A DNA stretch of 54,099 nucleotides from Candidatus Staskawiczbacteria bacterium (GCA_016866675.1 VGLO01000001.1:1-54099); one strand, 5' to 3'; shown: positions 10,179-22,274, counted from the first letter of the stretch. A program made the numbers and translations. The notes: a model not told the origin generated them from the letters alone.

Positions 10179-10329
10179 TAAAAGTCTTTCGTGAAGAGAC
10201 TCATCTTCAAACCCTCTTTCTTTTATTCTAAAGTGGATATATTCTTGAAGATTTTTAATTGAATCTTTTTTTTAATTCCATAGATTATTAACTATTATCA
10301 TACTAGATTTAGAGCCTACCAGCAACTTC

Positions 10330-10371
10330 TTGACGAATTATTTATTAAATGTTATTTAAAGATTAGCACTT
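10330..10371 (+). promoter_or_regulatory. cassette promoter TTGACG-17-TATTTA-6-AGCACTT
   Basis: -35 at 10330-10335, -10 at 10353-10358, conserved start AGCACTT at 10365. TTCTAGAA palindrome at 10370-10377. Confidence 0.55.
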
Positions 10372-10389
10372 CTAGAAAGAGAGGTCTAA

Positions 10390-10677
10390 ATGTACGAGGA
10401 AAGTCCTAAAAATTTTCAATTAAGTAAAATGCTTGAGCTCTCAGAAAAAAAATTTACATGGTCGATGATGGGGTGTGTTATTTTAACCATCACTCTTATT
10501 GTAATTTCACTTTTTGAACTCAAGGACGAGTCATACATTTATTTTATATGCGACCTACTTTTTGCTTTAATATTTTTTTACATACTAATAGTTCTCTCCC
10601 GAAAGAGAAAGAAAATTCACGACAAGAAGATTATTCTCCAGCAAATGGAAGAAGTAGTTAAAAAATCTAAAACGTAA
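10390..10677 (+). CDS. small membrane protein (95 aa), SD-led cassette
   Basis: AGAGAGG upstream of the ATG. Two hydrophobic helices and a basic tail. Terminator AGAGCG...CGCTCT plus T-run at 10685-10710. Confidence 0.55.
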   Translation: MYEESPKNFQLSKMLELSEKKFTWSMMGCVILTITLIVISLFELKDESYIYFICDLLFALIFFYILIVLSRKRKKIHDKKIILQQMEEVVKKSKT

Positions 10678-10807
10678 CAAAATAAGAGCGTAAAACCGCT
10701 CTTTTTATTTTTTAAAAATAAGCTCGATAATTATTGACCCTAAGTAAATTTTATGTTATATTTTGGGAGTTATTCGTTCATTAACCTTTACACAACTGGA
10801 GGGTCAG

Positions 10808-11110
10808 ATGCAACTTTACTATTTAGACCTTGAATGGTCGTGGTTTGAGGAAAATGGCAGTGATGAGAGTTACACACGACACTGGTGGTATATAAAGGCC
10901 GTTGTTGCTCACGAAAGTGAAGAAGCGGCTATTAATCTTATAAAGAGTAAAAACGATAACATAGGGAACGAAGACTATCTTCAACTGAGAAGTCGTCATA
11001 TAGATGTAATCGGTTCAACCGCTCAAAATAATCCTGAAATCATTTTTTCTGTCGCACAAAGTGATGAAGAAGATGATGATAACAATGATGGATGGTACAT
11101 ATTAGAGTAG
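10808..11110 (+). CDS. small acidic orphan protein (100 aa), SD-led cassette
   Basis: GGAGGG lies 5 nt upstream of the ATG at 10808, so the track start at 10763 is less likely. Promoter TTGACC-17-TATATT upstream. Terminator at 11138-11166. Confidence 0.55.
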   Translation: MQLYYLDLEWSWFEENGSDESYTRHWWYIKAVVAHESEEAAINLIKSKNDNIGNEDYLQLRSRHIDVIGSTAQNNPEIIFSVAQSDEEDDDNNDGWYILE

Positions 11111-11170
11111 GCAGAATCTGTTTAGTCACAACCAAAAAGCCCAGGAGATTCCCGGGCTCTTTTATTACAA

Positions 11171-12631
11171 TTATTTTGGTCGCATCAACGGGAAAATTTG
11201 AGTTTCGCGAGCAGGCTTATCCATTAAGAATGAAAATAGCCTTTCTGATAGGCCAAATCCGCAGGTTGGAGGCATTCCGTATTCTAAGGCCTCAACAAAG
11301 TCATAATCTGCCATTTGAGCCTCCTGATCCCCTGCTTTTCTTAATTTTTCCTGCTCCTTGAATCTTTCTTCTTGGTCTTGAGGATCATTTAGCTCTGAAT
11401 ATCCATTACCCATTTCAGACCCAGCTAAAATAACTTGGAATCTCTGTGCCATTTTTTCATTTTTTTCATCTCTTTTAGCCAGCGGAGAAACATCAATCGG
11501 TAACCCAATTAAAAATCCGGGCCCAGATAAATTCTTTCTGCAATACTTCCACAAGTTATCAATGGCGCGAGTCTTATTAAATCCCTTTTTATCATAGGTA
11601 ATTTCCAACTTCTGCAATTGCTTTTCCATTTCAGGTAAACTAGCTTCAAAAATATCTATCTTTGCGTATTTATTAATAATGGTCCAATAGTCGTATTTCT
11701 CCCACTTTTTGCCAAAATCAATCTGAAATCCTTTAATATTAAAGTCTAAAGTTCCAAAAGTTTCTTTAATTACATACTTATAAAGCTCTTCAACTAAATC
11801 CATTCCCATCTGATAATCAGCATAGGCCCAGTAAAACTCCATTTGAGTGTAATCTTGCAAATGCTCTGCATCCATTCCCTCGTTTCTGAATTGCCTGCCA
11901 ATTTCAAAGGTTTTTTCAAAACCTGCTACCATTAATTTTTTTTGCCAAAGCTCGCCAGTTGAAATTCTCAAGTATACATCTAAATCCAGTGCATTATGAT
12001 GCGTAGTAAAAGGCTTTGCATCGGCCCCCCCAGTTGTCACCTCTAAAACAGGAGTTTCAACTTCCAAAAAACCTTTTTTAATTAAAAAATTTCTCATTGA
12101 ATTCCAAAAAGTTGCGCGTTTTTGAATCATATCTTTCACCTCTGGATTAAATAAAATATCTAAATAGCGTTTTCTAAGTCTTTCTTCAACATCCTGAAGC
12201 CCATGCCATTTTTCAGGCAATGGCAATAAAGACTTTGAAAGTATTTTATAATCTTCTGCTTCAATGGTTTTTTCTCCACGCTTAGTAGTGATTAAATTTC
12301 CGGTAATTTCAATAAAGTCACCTATATCAAAATGATCTATTAAAAATTTATAACCCTTCTCCCCCACCTTATCAGTTTTAACAAGTCCTTGGATTTTTGC
12401 AGTGCCATCTTGAATGTCTAAAAATGTCGCTCCACCATGACCCCTCATTGCCATAATTCTTCCTGATACCGCAATTGATTTTTTGGACTTAAATATTTTA
12501 CCAAATAACAAAAGTGCCTCTTGGATTGCATGGGTTCTTTTTGTTTTTGCGGGATAGGCCAAAAGTCCCGCATCTTTTATGGATTTTAGTTTTTCTAATC
12601 TGACTTTTTTAAGCTCTTCTAGAGTTGGCAT
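11171..12631 (-). CDS. lysS: lysyl-tRNA synthetase (class II)
   Basis: OB-fold N-domain plus class II motifs (FRNEG..., GGxGxGxDR-like GFGLSERL). Confidence 0.95.
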   Translation of the reverse strand: MPTLEELKKVRLEKLKSIKDAGLLAYPAKTKRTHAIQEALLLFGKIFKSKKSIAVSGRIMAMRGHGGATFLDIQDGTAKIQGLVKTDKVGEKGYKFLIDHFDIGDFIEITGNLITTKRGEKTIEAEDYKILSKSLLPLPEKWHGLQDVEERLRKRYLDILFNPEVKDMIQKRATFWNSMRNFLIKKGFLEVETPVLEVTTGGADAKPFTTHHNALDLDVYLRISTGELWQKKLMVAGFEKTFEIGRQFRNEGMDAEHLQDYTQMEFYWAYADYQMGMDLVEELYKYVIKETFGTLDFNIKGFQIDFGKKWEKYDYWTIINKYAKIDIFEASLPEMEKQLQKLEITYDKKGFNKTRAIDNLWKYCRKNLSGPGFLIGLPIDVSPLAKRDEKNEKMAQRFQVILAGSEMGNGYSELNDPQDQEERFKEQEKLRKAGDQEAQMADYDFVEALEYGMPPTCGFGLSERLFSFLMDKPARETQIFPLMRPK

Positions 12632-12638
12632 ATACTGA

Positions 12639-12666
12639 ATTATATCAAAATATAATCAAATGGCAA
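12639..12666 (-). promoter_or_regulatory. lysS promoter TTGCCA-16-TATAAT placed for a leaderless mRNA
   Basis: Minus-sense sequence TTGCCA TTTGATTATATTTTGA TATAAT TCAGTAT ATG. Only 7 nt separate the -10 from the start codon, and there is no SD. Confidence 0.5.
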
Positions 12667-12670
12667 ATAA

Positions 12671-12706
12671 TTGACATTAACTAATCTTAGTGATAATCTT
12701 TATTGA
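12671..12706 (+). promoter_or_regulatory. cassette promoter TTGACA-17-TAATCT
   Basis: -35 at 12671-12676, TG-extended -10 (GTGATAATCT). Divergent from and back-to-back with the lysS promoter. Confidence 0.45.
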
Positions 12707-12741
12707 GATTTACTACCAAAAACTCTTTAAAGGAGGAGACT

Positions 12742-12960
12742 ATGTTCTTTGAATGCTTTATAGACGAAGAAGCCAAAAAAGAAGGCGTTTCTTTTTTTGT
12801 TATGGGAAGCAACTATAAAAAAGCCAGAGAAAGGGCTGCAATTTTTCTTGAGTACTTTGAAATGCCAACCGAGGATCTTATTATAAGGAGACCAAGAAGT
12901 CCTAGGCGATTGCCAAAAAAGAAGCGTAGCAAAATTCTTTCCTGCAGAAGAAGTAATTAA
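12742..12960 (+). CDS. small orphan protein (72 aa) with basic tail, SD-led cassette
   Basis: AGGAGGAG lies 4-5 nt upstream of the ATG at 12742. Terminator ATGGGCG...CGCCCAT plus T-run at 12987-13022. Confidence 0.5.
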   Translation: MFFECFIDEEAKKEGVSFFVMGSNYKKARERAAIFLEYFEMPTEDLIIRRPRSPRRLPKKKRSKILSCRRSN

Positions 12961-13020
12961 TTCAAAGAACATTTTTTGAAAAAACAATGGGCGATTTGAA
13001 CTTTAAAGCGCCCATTTTTA

Positions 13021-13056
13021 TTTGACAAAAATTATAATAAGTATTATATTATTCTA
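13021..13056 (+). promoter_or_regulatory. cassette promoter TTGACA-17-TATATT, start near AGAACC
   Basis: -35 at 13021-13026, -10 at 13044-13049. TTCTAGAA at 13051-13058. Confidence 0.5.
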
Positions 13057-13068
13057 GAACCCTTAACC

Positions 13069-13479
13069 ATGGAGGTAGAGGTGAAAATTTCATTATTTCG
13101 CAGGATACTCCAAATTCAGACAGAATTTAAGCTTGAGCTCATTGCAAAAAAACAGATACATTTTGATTCTCTCATAGAAAAAGGAAATGAATTAAGAATT
13201 GAATGGGAGAAACAAATTGCTAGACAAAAACAGTGGAAGGAAAAATGTCTTTCAATAATGTGTCCTGATTGTGAATACGGGCAAACAGAATGCAGATGTC
13301 ACTGTAAGGCAGACTATGATTTCTTAGTAGAAGAAATTAGGTCTCTCGCTGGAATAAACCCAGTCATAAGACATGGAAGCCCAATTCATGATGAAGACAA
13401 GTCATCTGGACCAGTCGGCTACCGTGTTTGCGGAAAAGACAGCTGGGACAATGCTGTGAGAGAATATGAAAACTTATAG
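13069..13479 (+). CDS. orphan protein (136 aa), coiled-coil N-terminus plus Cys-rich cluster
   Basis: The ATG at 13069 overlaps a GGAGG, so GTG at 13081 is an alternative start. CLSIMCPDCEYGQTECRCHC cluster. Terminator AGAGCGG-AAAT-CCGCTCT plus T5 at 13478-13499. Confidence 0.55.
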   Translation: MEVEVKISLFRRILQIQTEFKLELIAKKQIHFDSLIEKGNELRIEWEKQIARQKQWKEKCLSIMCPDCEYGQTECRCHCKADYDFLVEEIRSLAGINPVIRHGSPIHDEDKSSGPVGYRVCGKDSWDNAVREYENL

Positions 13480-13497
13480 AGCGGAAATCCGCTCTTT

Positions 13498-15426
13498 TTA
13501 TTTGCTTGAAAAGTAATATTGCAAAACATCATAGGCAACCGGCAAAGTAGCTGCCCTTAACCCTTCAACGCCCTCAATTGTAGTCACAAAAACTATTTCT
13601 GGATTTTCATATGGTGCATAGCTTGATGACCATGTATTAAAAAATCCCGATTTATTTGTTTCTACTGTACCTGTTTTTCCTGCTACATCAACAGGTAAAT
13701 CATTTAACATATAAGAAGACCCATAAGGCATTTTTACTCCATCTCTCATGCCTTCTTGAATTACTTTTATATTTTCTAGGTCAATAGATATTTTTGAATT
13801 TATAATTGGCTCAAAACTTTTAATTATTTCTGCGTCTTTACCAGAGCCTTGCACTACTTTTTGAACAACTTGCGGTTGATATAAAGTACCGCCATTGGCA
13901 ATAGCTGAATATGCTAAGGCAACTTGTAGTGGTGTCACCTGCAAATCAGATTGTCCTATGGACAAGTTGTATGTATCTCCATCCCACCATGATTCTTTTT
14001 TTACTTGTTTTTTCCACTCGGGACTTGGCACAAAACCAGCAAATTCTCCGGGTAAATCAATCCCAGTTTTTTGCTCCCATCCATACATATCAAGATAATT
14101 TTTTATTCTTGTTGGTCCCAACCCTTTTTGATCTTCATATCCCCCACCAATTGTATAAAAATAAATGTTTGAAGAAACAGCTAATGCTTTTCTCATATCA
14201 ACTAAACCATGAGGTTTTACTCCTCCAAATCTGTAAGAAATATCTGGATCATTTTGATTTTTAATTAAGATGTATCCTGGATCGTTTATTTGTTTTTCTG
14301 GAGAAATTATATTTTCTTGAAGAGCCCCAGAAGCTAAAAACGGCTTTATCGTAGAGCCCGTTGGATATTGAGCGGAAATAGACCTATTGAAAAATGGTTG
14401 ATTAGGATCGTTTAATAGCTTACTAAATTCATCTTGAGAAACACCCTTGCTAAAAATATTATTGTCGTAGCTTGGATACGATACTAATGCCAAAATGGCA
14501 CCGTTTTGTGGGTTAATTGCCACAGCTGAACCCTTTTTTGCACCAATATTTTTGATTGATTTTTCTAAGGCGTTATAAACCTCTGTTTGAAAGTCTGAAT
14601 TAATATTTAAAACTAAGTTATAGCCTTCCTTTGGTTCAGATAAAATTTTGTCTCCCCTTTTGACGCCAATAGCATCTCGAATAACTTCTGTTTTACCGGG
14701 AGTCCCTCTTAAATATTTTTCGTAAAACTTTTCAAGCCCCAATTTTCCAATGTAGTCGTTTACTGAATAATCAATTGACGATTCAAGCTCGCTACTACTT
14801 ATTCTACCGTTATGCCCCAGAACATGTGAGAATATTGGACCCAAGACATAACTTCTTGATGTGTTTTTTTCTATTACGCAGTCAGGTAATTCATTTTTTT
14901 TTGTTTCTAGAAATAAAATTGTTTCATGACTTAAATTTTCAGATATTAAAACCTGTGGGCTAACAGATGACTCAATATGGATTTTTAAATCATTTGCATC
15001 TTTTTTTAATACTTCTGCCATTACTTTTATTTCACTCTCAAATAAATTTGAATCAGAAAAGTTCCTCTTGTCACAACTTAAGTCATAAGCTGGTGAATTC
15101 GAAACAATTTTTTTATAATTATTGTCATAAATTATTCCCCTTTCTGGCCTTATTATGCTTATTTTTCCTTTATTATTTTCAGCTAAAGTAAAAAGCTTAT
15201 TACCATCAAAAACCTGAAGAAAAAATGTTTTAGTAATCAGTAATCCAGAAATAATAAAAAATAAAGCAAAAATTGAATAAATAATCTTTTCATTAATCTT
15301 AACTTCAAATTTTTTCTCTGAAATACCAAGCTCCTGCTCTTTTATGTGAGCAATTTTATCTAAAAAAACCTCATGTGTTTCAATGTCGTAAAAAGCCTCT
15401 CTTAATTTGTACTTATTAAGTTTCAT
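13498..15426 (-). CDS. mrdA: penicillin-binding protein 2 (elongation transpeptidase)
   Basis: N-terminal TM, PBP dimerisation domain, STIKP (SxxK), SSN-type and KTGT motifs. Immediately downstream of mreC and mreD. Confidence 0.9.
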   Translation of the reverse strand: MKLNKYKLREAFYDIETHEVFLDKIAHIKEQELGISEKKFEVKINEKIIYSIFALFFIISGLLITKTFFLQVFDGNKLFTLAENNKGKISIIRPERGIIYDNNYKKIVSNSPAYDLSCDKRNFSDSNLFESEIKVMAEVLKKDANDLKIHIESSVSPQVLISENLSHETILFLETKKNELPDCVIEKNTSRSYVLGPIFSHVLGHNGRISSSELESSIDYSVNDYIGKLGLEKFYEKYLRGTPGKTEVIRDAIGVKRGDKILSEPKEGYNLVLNINSDFQTEVYNALEKSIKNIGAKKGSAVAINPQNGAILALVSYPSYDNNIFSKGVSQDEFSKLLNDPNQPFFNRSISAQYPTGSTIKPFLASGALQENIISPEKQINDPGYILIKNQNDPDISYRFGGVKPHGLVDMRKALAVSSNIYFYTIGGGYEDQKGLGPTRIKNYLDMYGWEQKTGIDLPGEFAGFVPSPEWKKQVKKESWWDGDTYNLSIGQSDLQVTPLQVALAYSAIANGGTLYQPQVVQKVVQGSGKDAEIIKSFEPIINSKISIDLENIKVIQEGMRDGVKMPYGSSYMLNDLPVDVAGKTGTVETNKSGFFNTWSSSYAPYENPEIVFVTTIEGVEGLRAATLPVAYDVLQYYFSSK

Positions 15427-15428
15427 TA

Positions 15429-15953
15429 TTAAAGCAGTTTAAGCTGATTTGTATCTTTTTTATAAATTACTAATTTGTAAAGGTAAAATCCAATTCCAGC
15501 AAAAATTATATTGTATAATAAACCAATTAAAACCATGTAGCTAAATGAAAATCCAGTATCAAATTTAAAAAAGAATGAAACAAAATATCCAATTAAATGA
15601 TACAGTATAAAAAATAAAGAAAATATTGCTAGAAAATAATATATAGAAATTTTTTCTTGACCACTTTTTGAGAGGTAGGAAAAAGCTTTCTCTAATCCAA
15701 AAATAAGCAGTAATATAATAAATGAAATTCCAAAATAGGAAATAGTTGTTATATCAAGAAAAATACTGCATACAAAAGCCATAAAAATGATTGTCTCATA
15801 CTTTCCTTTATTTTCAAAAAAAATCACTAAAAAGAATATTATAAACAATAAATTAGGTGTATATCCTGCAATACTAAAATATGGCAATAAGCTAAACTGA
15901 AATATTGTTGCAAAAAAAAGTATTAAAACTATTAAAGGGTATTTAAACCACAT
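15429..15953 (-). CDS. mreD: rod shape-determining protein MreD
   Basis: Polytopic small membrane protein located between mreC and PBP2. Confidence 0.7.
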   Translation of the reverse strand: MWFKYPLIVLILFFATIFQFSLLPYFSIAGYTPNLLFIIFFLVIFFENKGKYETIIFMAFVCSIFLDITTISYFGISFIILLLIFGLEKAFSYLSKSGQEKISIYYFLAIFSLFFILYHLIGYFVSFFFKFDTGFSFSYMVLIGLLYNIIFAGIGFYLYKLVIYKKDTNQLKLL

Positions 15954-16043
15954 ATGATTTTATGAAACAAAGCGAGTAAAGTCATGTCACTCATTTGACC
16001 TGGTAAGTATACCTTGGGAGTCAAATAAGCGACGGGCTTTATT

Positions 16044-16871
16044 TTACTTTTTATAATTTTCAATTAAAAATAAGTTATCACTATTGCCTATTTCAAAATA
16101 ATGCTCAACTTTTGCAGTTTGAAATGGCTTTAAATCACTTTTATCTACTGATATAACTTTTCCAATTAACAAGTTTGGTGGGAAAAAACCCTCTAAGCCA
16201 GAAGTGACTATTAAATCATCTTGATTAAGATTTAATTCTGCATCAACCAAATCCAAATAAACACTTTGTCTGCCCTTTCCCCTTAATACTCCAAAGATTG
16301 TTTTTTCTTCTATGTTTTTTGGTTGCACTTTAACATCAACAGTGCTTTCTTTGGCTGACAATAATAAAACACTCGAGAAATTTTTAAAAACTTTTGTGAC
16401 TCTTCCATAAACTGACATTTCTTTGGAAATCAAAAGCATCCCCTCTAAAACACCGTCTTCCTGACCTTTATTTATTCCAATTGTGTCATTTTCTAAATTT
16501 ATTCCATTTATTTTTACAAGCATGAGTGAAAAATTGAGATCTTCTGAATTTTCTACAGCAATACTAGTATCATTAAATTCTTTTATTTTATCTTTTAAAA
16601 TTGACATCTCGTACATAATTTCCTTATTTTGCCTTTCTAATTCATCGCTTTTTTTTCTTATCTTTTTTGATAATAAAATATTACCAAAAAAATAGTTTAA
16701 GCTCTCTCCGGTGCCCATAAAAACGTTGGCTATTGGGCTTGATGATAAATAAAAAAAATTTCTAACTGGCCCAGAAAAAAGATTAAGTAGTGTTATTGAA
16801 ATAATAAAAACCAGCGACCTTATTAGAATTTTTTGTGAAAAAATAAATTGTTTTTTACTTCTTAAATTCAT
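16044..16871 (-). CDS. mreC: rod shape-determining protein MreC
   Basis: N-terminal TM, coiled coil, beta-barrel region (VVTSGLEGFFPPNLLIGKV). Confidence 0.8.
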   Translation of the reverse strand: MNLRSKKQFIFSQKILIRSLVFIISITLLNLFSGPVRNFFYLSSSPIANVFMGTGESLNYFFGNILLSKKIRKKSDELERQNKEIMYEMSILKDKIKEFNDTSIAVENSEDLNFSLMLVKINGINLENDTIGINKGQEDGVLEGMLLISKEMSVYGRVTKVFKNFSSVLLLSAKESTVDVKVQPKNIEEKTIFGVLRGKGRQSVYLDLVDAELNLNQDDLIVTSGLEGFFPPNLLIGKVISVDKSDLKPFQTAKVEHYFEIGNSDNLFLIENYKK

Positions 16872-16942
16872 TGTAATTTTTCACTCTATCAAAAATAGTC
16901 TTATCAATCAAATTATGACATTTTAGTAATTATTCAATAGGA

Positions 16943-16984
16943 TTGACATAATCTACTAAGTAAAGTACTATTTTGGTAGCACTT
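16943..16984 (+). promoter_or_regulatory. cassette promoter TTGACA-17-TACTAT-6-AGCACTT
   Basis: -35 at 16943-16948, -10 at 16966-16971, conserved start AGCACTT at 16978. Confidence 0.55.
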
Positions 16985-17008
16985 AAAAGGAGGTTTTTAT
17001 GCTAATCA

Positions 17009-17317
17009 TTGATAAGAATACTGAAAGTAACTTTATGGCTGCGAAGTTACGAATTGATTAAAGCGGGATTTAATAGAAGGCTTGATTTCATTAAGAATAA
17101 GCTAGTATATAAGAGATTTTTTAGGGAATTTTCCGTGGACCCAAGTAGTTTCTTGTACTACTTTGACCTAGATGTGATGTTTCCTACACAAAAATGTGTA
17201 GACTTAATGAAAGAGTTATATATAGAGCATGATGATATGCACATGATACTGACGATATTTTACTATACTACGGAAGTTAAGGGAAAAATCTTTGATGATT
17301 TTTTTAGAGAAAACTAA
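17009..17317 (+). CDS. orphan protein (about 100 aa); start uncertain
   Basis: AAGGAGG at 16988-16994 is followed by an ATG at 16999 in a different frame (20-codon ORF). The long ORF begins with TTG at 17009. Terminator ACCGACCATAATGGCCGGT plus T-run at about 17318-17347. Confidence 0.4.
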   Translation: MIRILKVTLWLRSYELIKAGFNRRLDFIKNKLVYKRFFREFSVDPSSFLYYFDLDVMFPTQKCVDLMKELYIEHDDMHMILTIFYYTTEVKGKIFDDFFREN

Positions 17318-17539
17318 AACCGACCATAATGGCCGGTCTTTTTTTATATTAATTTCTAGAATTGAGTTCTAGAATTCAATTCTCAAATGCTTTCGAGCTG
17401 TTTGTTTTGGAATTTTTAGCGAGGCAAAGAAAAAATTCTGAAGCTTATCCCATGCGATATGTTGAGCGATTTTTGCAAAATCGCAGCAAAAATTACAAAC
17501 AAAAAGCCGAAACTTTCGGCATTTGTGTATTGAGTTCTA

Positions 17540-17650
17540 TGGTGGCAACTACCTACTCTCGCGTTCATCACACTACCATCGGCCTTGATGTATTTCACTT
17601 CCGAGTTCGAAATGGGATCGGGTGGGACAACACCAGTATAATTGCCACCA
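17540..17650 (-). rRNA. rrf: 5S rRNA
   Basis: The reverse complement aligns with bacterial 5S (…CCTACTCTCGC…ACACTACCATCGG…TTTCACTTCCGAGTTCGAAATGGGATCGGGTGGGACAAC…). Terminal helix TGGTGGCAA/TTGCCACCA. Terminator AAATGCCGAAAGTTTCGGC plus T-run follows at about 17500-17525. Confidence 0.9.
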
Positions 17651-17730
17651 CAAAACTCAATTTGTGGACTAAGTTTACTTTAAAGCAAAATTCTGTATCT
17701 TGCAAAAAACTCAATTTTCTGAGTTTATCG

Positions 17731-20785
<3,055 letters not shown>

Positions 20786-21120
20786 CAATTATCGAATTCG
20801 TTTTAATTCCATACCGCTTTTTGCGGTCGGCATAGAATTTATCTTGCGTAAGATACAGTTTTTTCTTGTACAGCACGGGTGTGACGTACAAGAGTATGCT
20901 TTACCTTCACCTTTTTTTGGTGAAGAATTTTGATTACCTTTATTCTACTAAATAAGACCCATCTTAAAATTAGTAGAATGGCCCTGTTGAATTTCAACTT
21001 AGTAAAAAACTCATATATGCCTTTTGGGCATATTTTAACAGGGTTAAAATTTTCAAGCAACTTTCATAATTAGTCCGCGATTAAAAATATTTTTACTTTC
21101 AATCGCGGGCTAACTAATTT

Positions 21121-21148
21121 CAAACAAAAAAATCCGCGTCAAGCGGAT
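21121..21148 (-). terminator. intrinsic terminator-like hairpin inside the 23S leader
   Basis: Minus-sense ATCCGC-TTGAC-GCGGAT followed by T7GTTTG. An upstream segment CAAGCGGAT (21176-21184) can pair with the 5' arm instead. Confidence 0.45.
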
Positions 21149-21225
21149 CCAACTGATACAAAAATTCAGACAATCATCCGCTTGCTTTATTTTGTTTAGA
21201 TTTAGTTTGATATAACATTAAGGCC

Positions 21226-21254
21226 ATTCTAATCTATTTAAAAAGCAGTGTCAA
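21226..21254 (-). promoter_or_regulatory. promoter TTGACA-17-TAGAAT upstream of 23S-5S
   Basis: Minus-sense TTGACA (21254-21249), 17 nt spacer, TAGAAT (21231-21226). Confidence 0.5.
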
Positions 21255-21353
21255 GTCCAATTACTAGTTTAATTAAATCTAAAGATTAAACCCATACTTT
21301 TAAAGCAAAAGCGCCCCGAAAAACAGGGCGCTTTTAGCATTTATTATTAACTC

Positions 21354-22049
21354 TTACCTCTGAGTTATTTTATTTCTCATGTCTTTGAGTGCATCAGCTG
21401 CTACTTCCTTTCCGCCTAACCCAATCGCAATAGCAATTCCTAATGACAAAGTCCCAACAATACCCCAGACAATTGCCATATATAATGTCTTAATCAAATC
21501 GCTTGTAGGTAATAATTGCTCCAGAATCAAGAATATTGTAAATATCCAAATTGACCACTTAATAATCATTGAAGCTAAATGTCCGTACCCCACTTTCATT
21601 CTTTCAACTGTAATTCTGACAACCTTTTCAATAATGTCAGAAATTATTACTGCCACAACAAATATTAAAGCAGCAACAACTACGTTTGGTAAGTAATTTA
21701 ATACTTGAGTTAATACTCCACCAAATTGTGATAACTGAAGAATATCTACAGAAATAAGTAATGAAACTATTACAAAAACCCACTTTACAATAGCTCCAAT
21801 AAACTCTGATGGATCAACGTCGACATTTGCTCTTTGTAGGGCCTTGTGCCATCCCTCTTTGTCAAAAATTTTATTAAACTTTACTGACTTTAAAATTTCA
21901 GAGATTACTCTTCCAACACCAACTGAAATTAAGTATCCAACTACAAAAACTATTACAGCCAACAAAAGTTTTGCAGCAAAACCTATAAACCCTTGCAGAA
22001 ATGGCTGAATAATTATTAAAAACCATTCGTTATATGTCATTTTTAACAT
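21354..22049 (-). CDS. polytopic membrane protein with repeated conserved TM-helix units (MscS-N-terminal-like)
   Basis: Internal repeats of hydrophobic helix plus charged linker. Terminator AAAGCGCCCTG...GGGGCGCTTT at 21309-21336. Confidence 0.55.
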   Translation of the reverse strand: MLKMTYNEWFLIIIQPFLQGFIGFAAKLLLAVIVFVVGYLISVGVGRVISEILKSVKFNKIFDKEGWHKALQRANVDVDPSEFIGAIVKWVFVIVSLLISVDILQLSQFGGVLTQVLNYLPNVVVAALIFVVAVIISDIIEKVVRITVERMKVGYGHLASMIIKWSIWIFTIFLILEQLLPTSDLIKTLYMAIVWGIVGTLSLGIAIAIGLGGKEVAADALKDMRNKITQR

Positions 22050-22274
22050 GAAACTTAAAACGTGAAACGTGAAACAATGGTTTTACGCCTCAAATAAAAA
22101 GTTTCAAATTTATTTAGTTCGCCCTTAAATTATAAAGTCGACCACGAAAAGAGCGTTGTTAATTCTATTTATCAATTATCCTATTTTTTGCACACACAAA
22201 TCAATACCTCCTGTGGATAAGTAAGGAAGCACAACGAACACTCATCCCAAGTAAAGCGAAGGATTACCGTATAA

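Noticed and set aside
20839-21060. The 73 aa minus-strand ORF in the 23S leader
   Set aside because: It lies in the structured rRNA leader between promoter and mature 5' end, with no RBS.
22211-22222. Perfect DnaA box TTATCCACA (minus sense) in the rluA-like/membrane-protein spacer, considered as an oriC marker
   Set aside because: It is a single box with no cluster, no AT-rich unwinding repeats and no dnaA/dnaN nearby, so it is compatible with chance.
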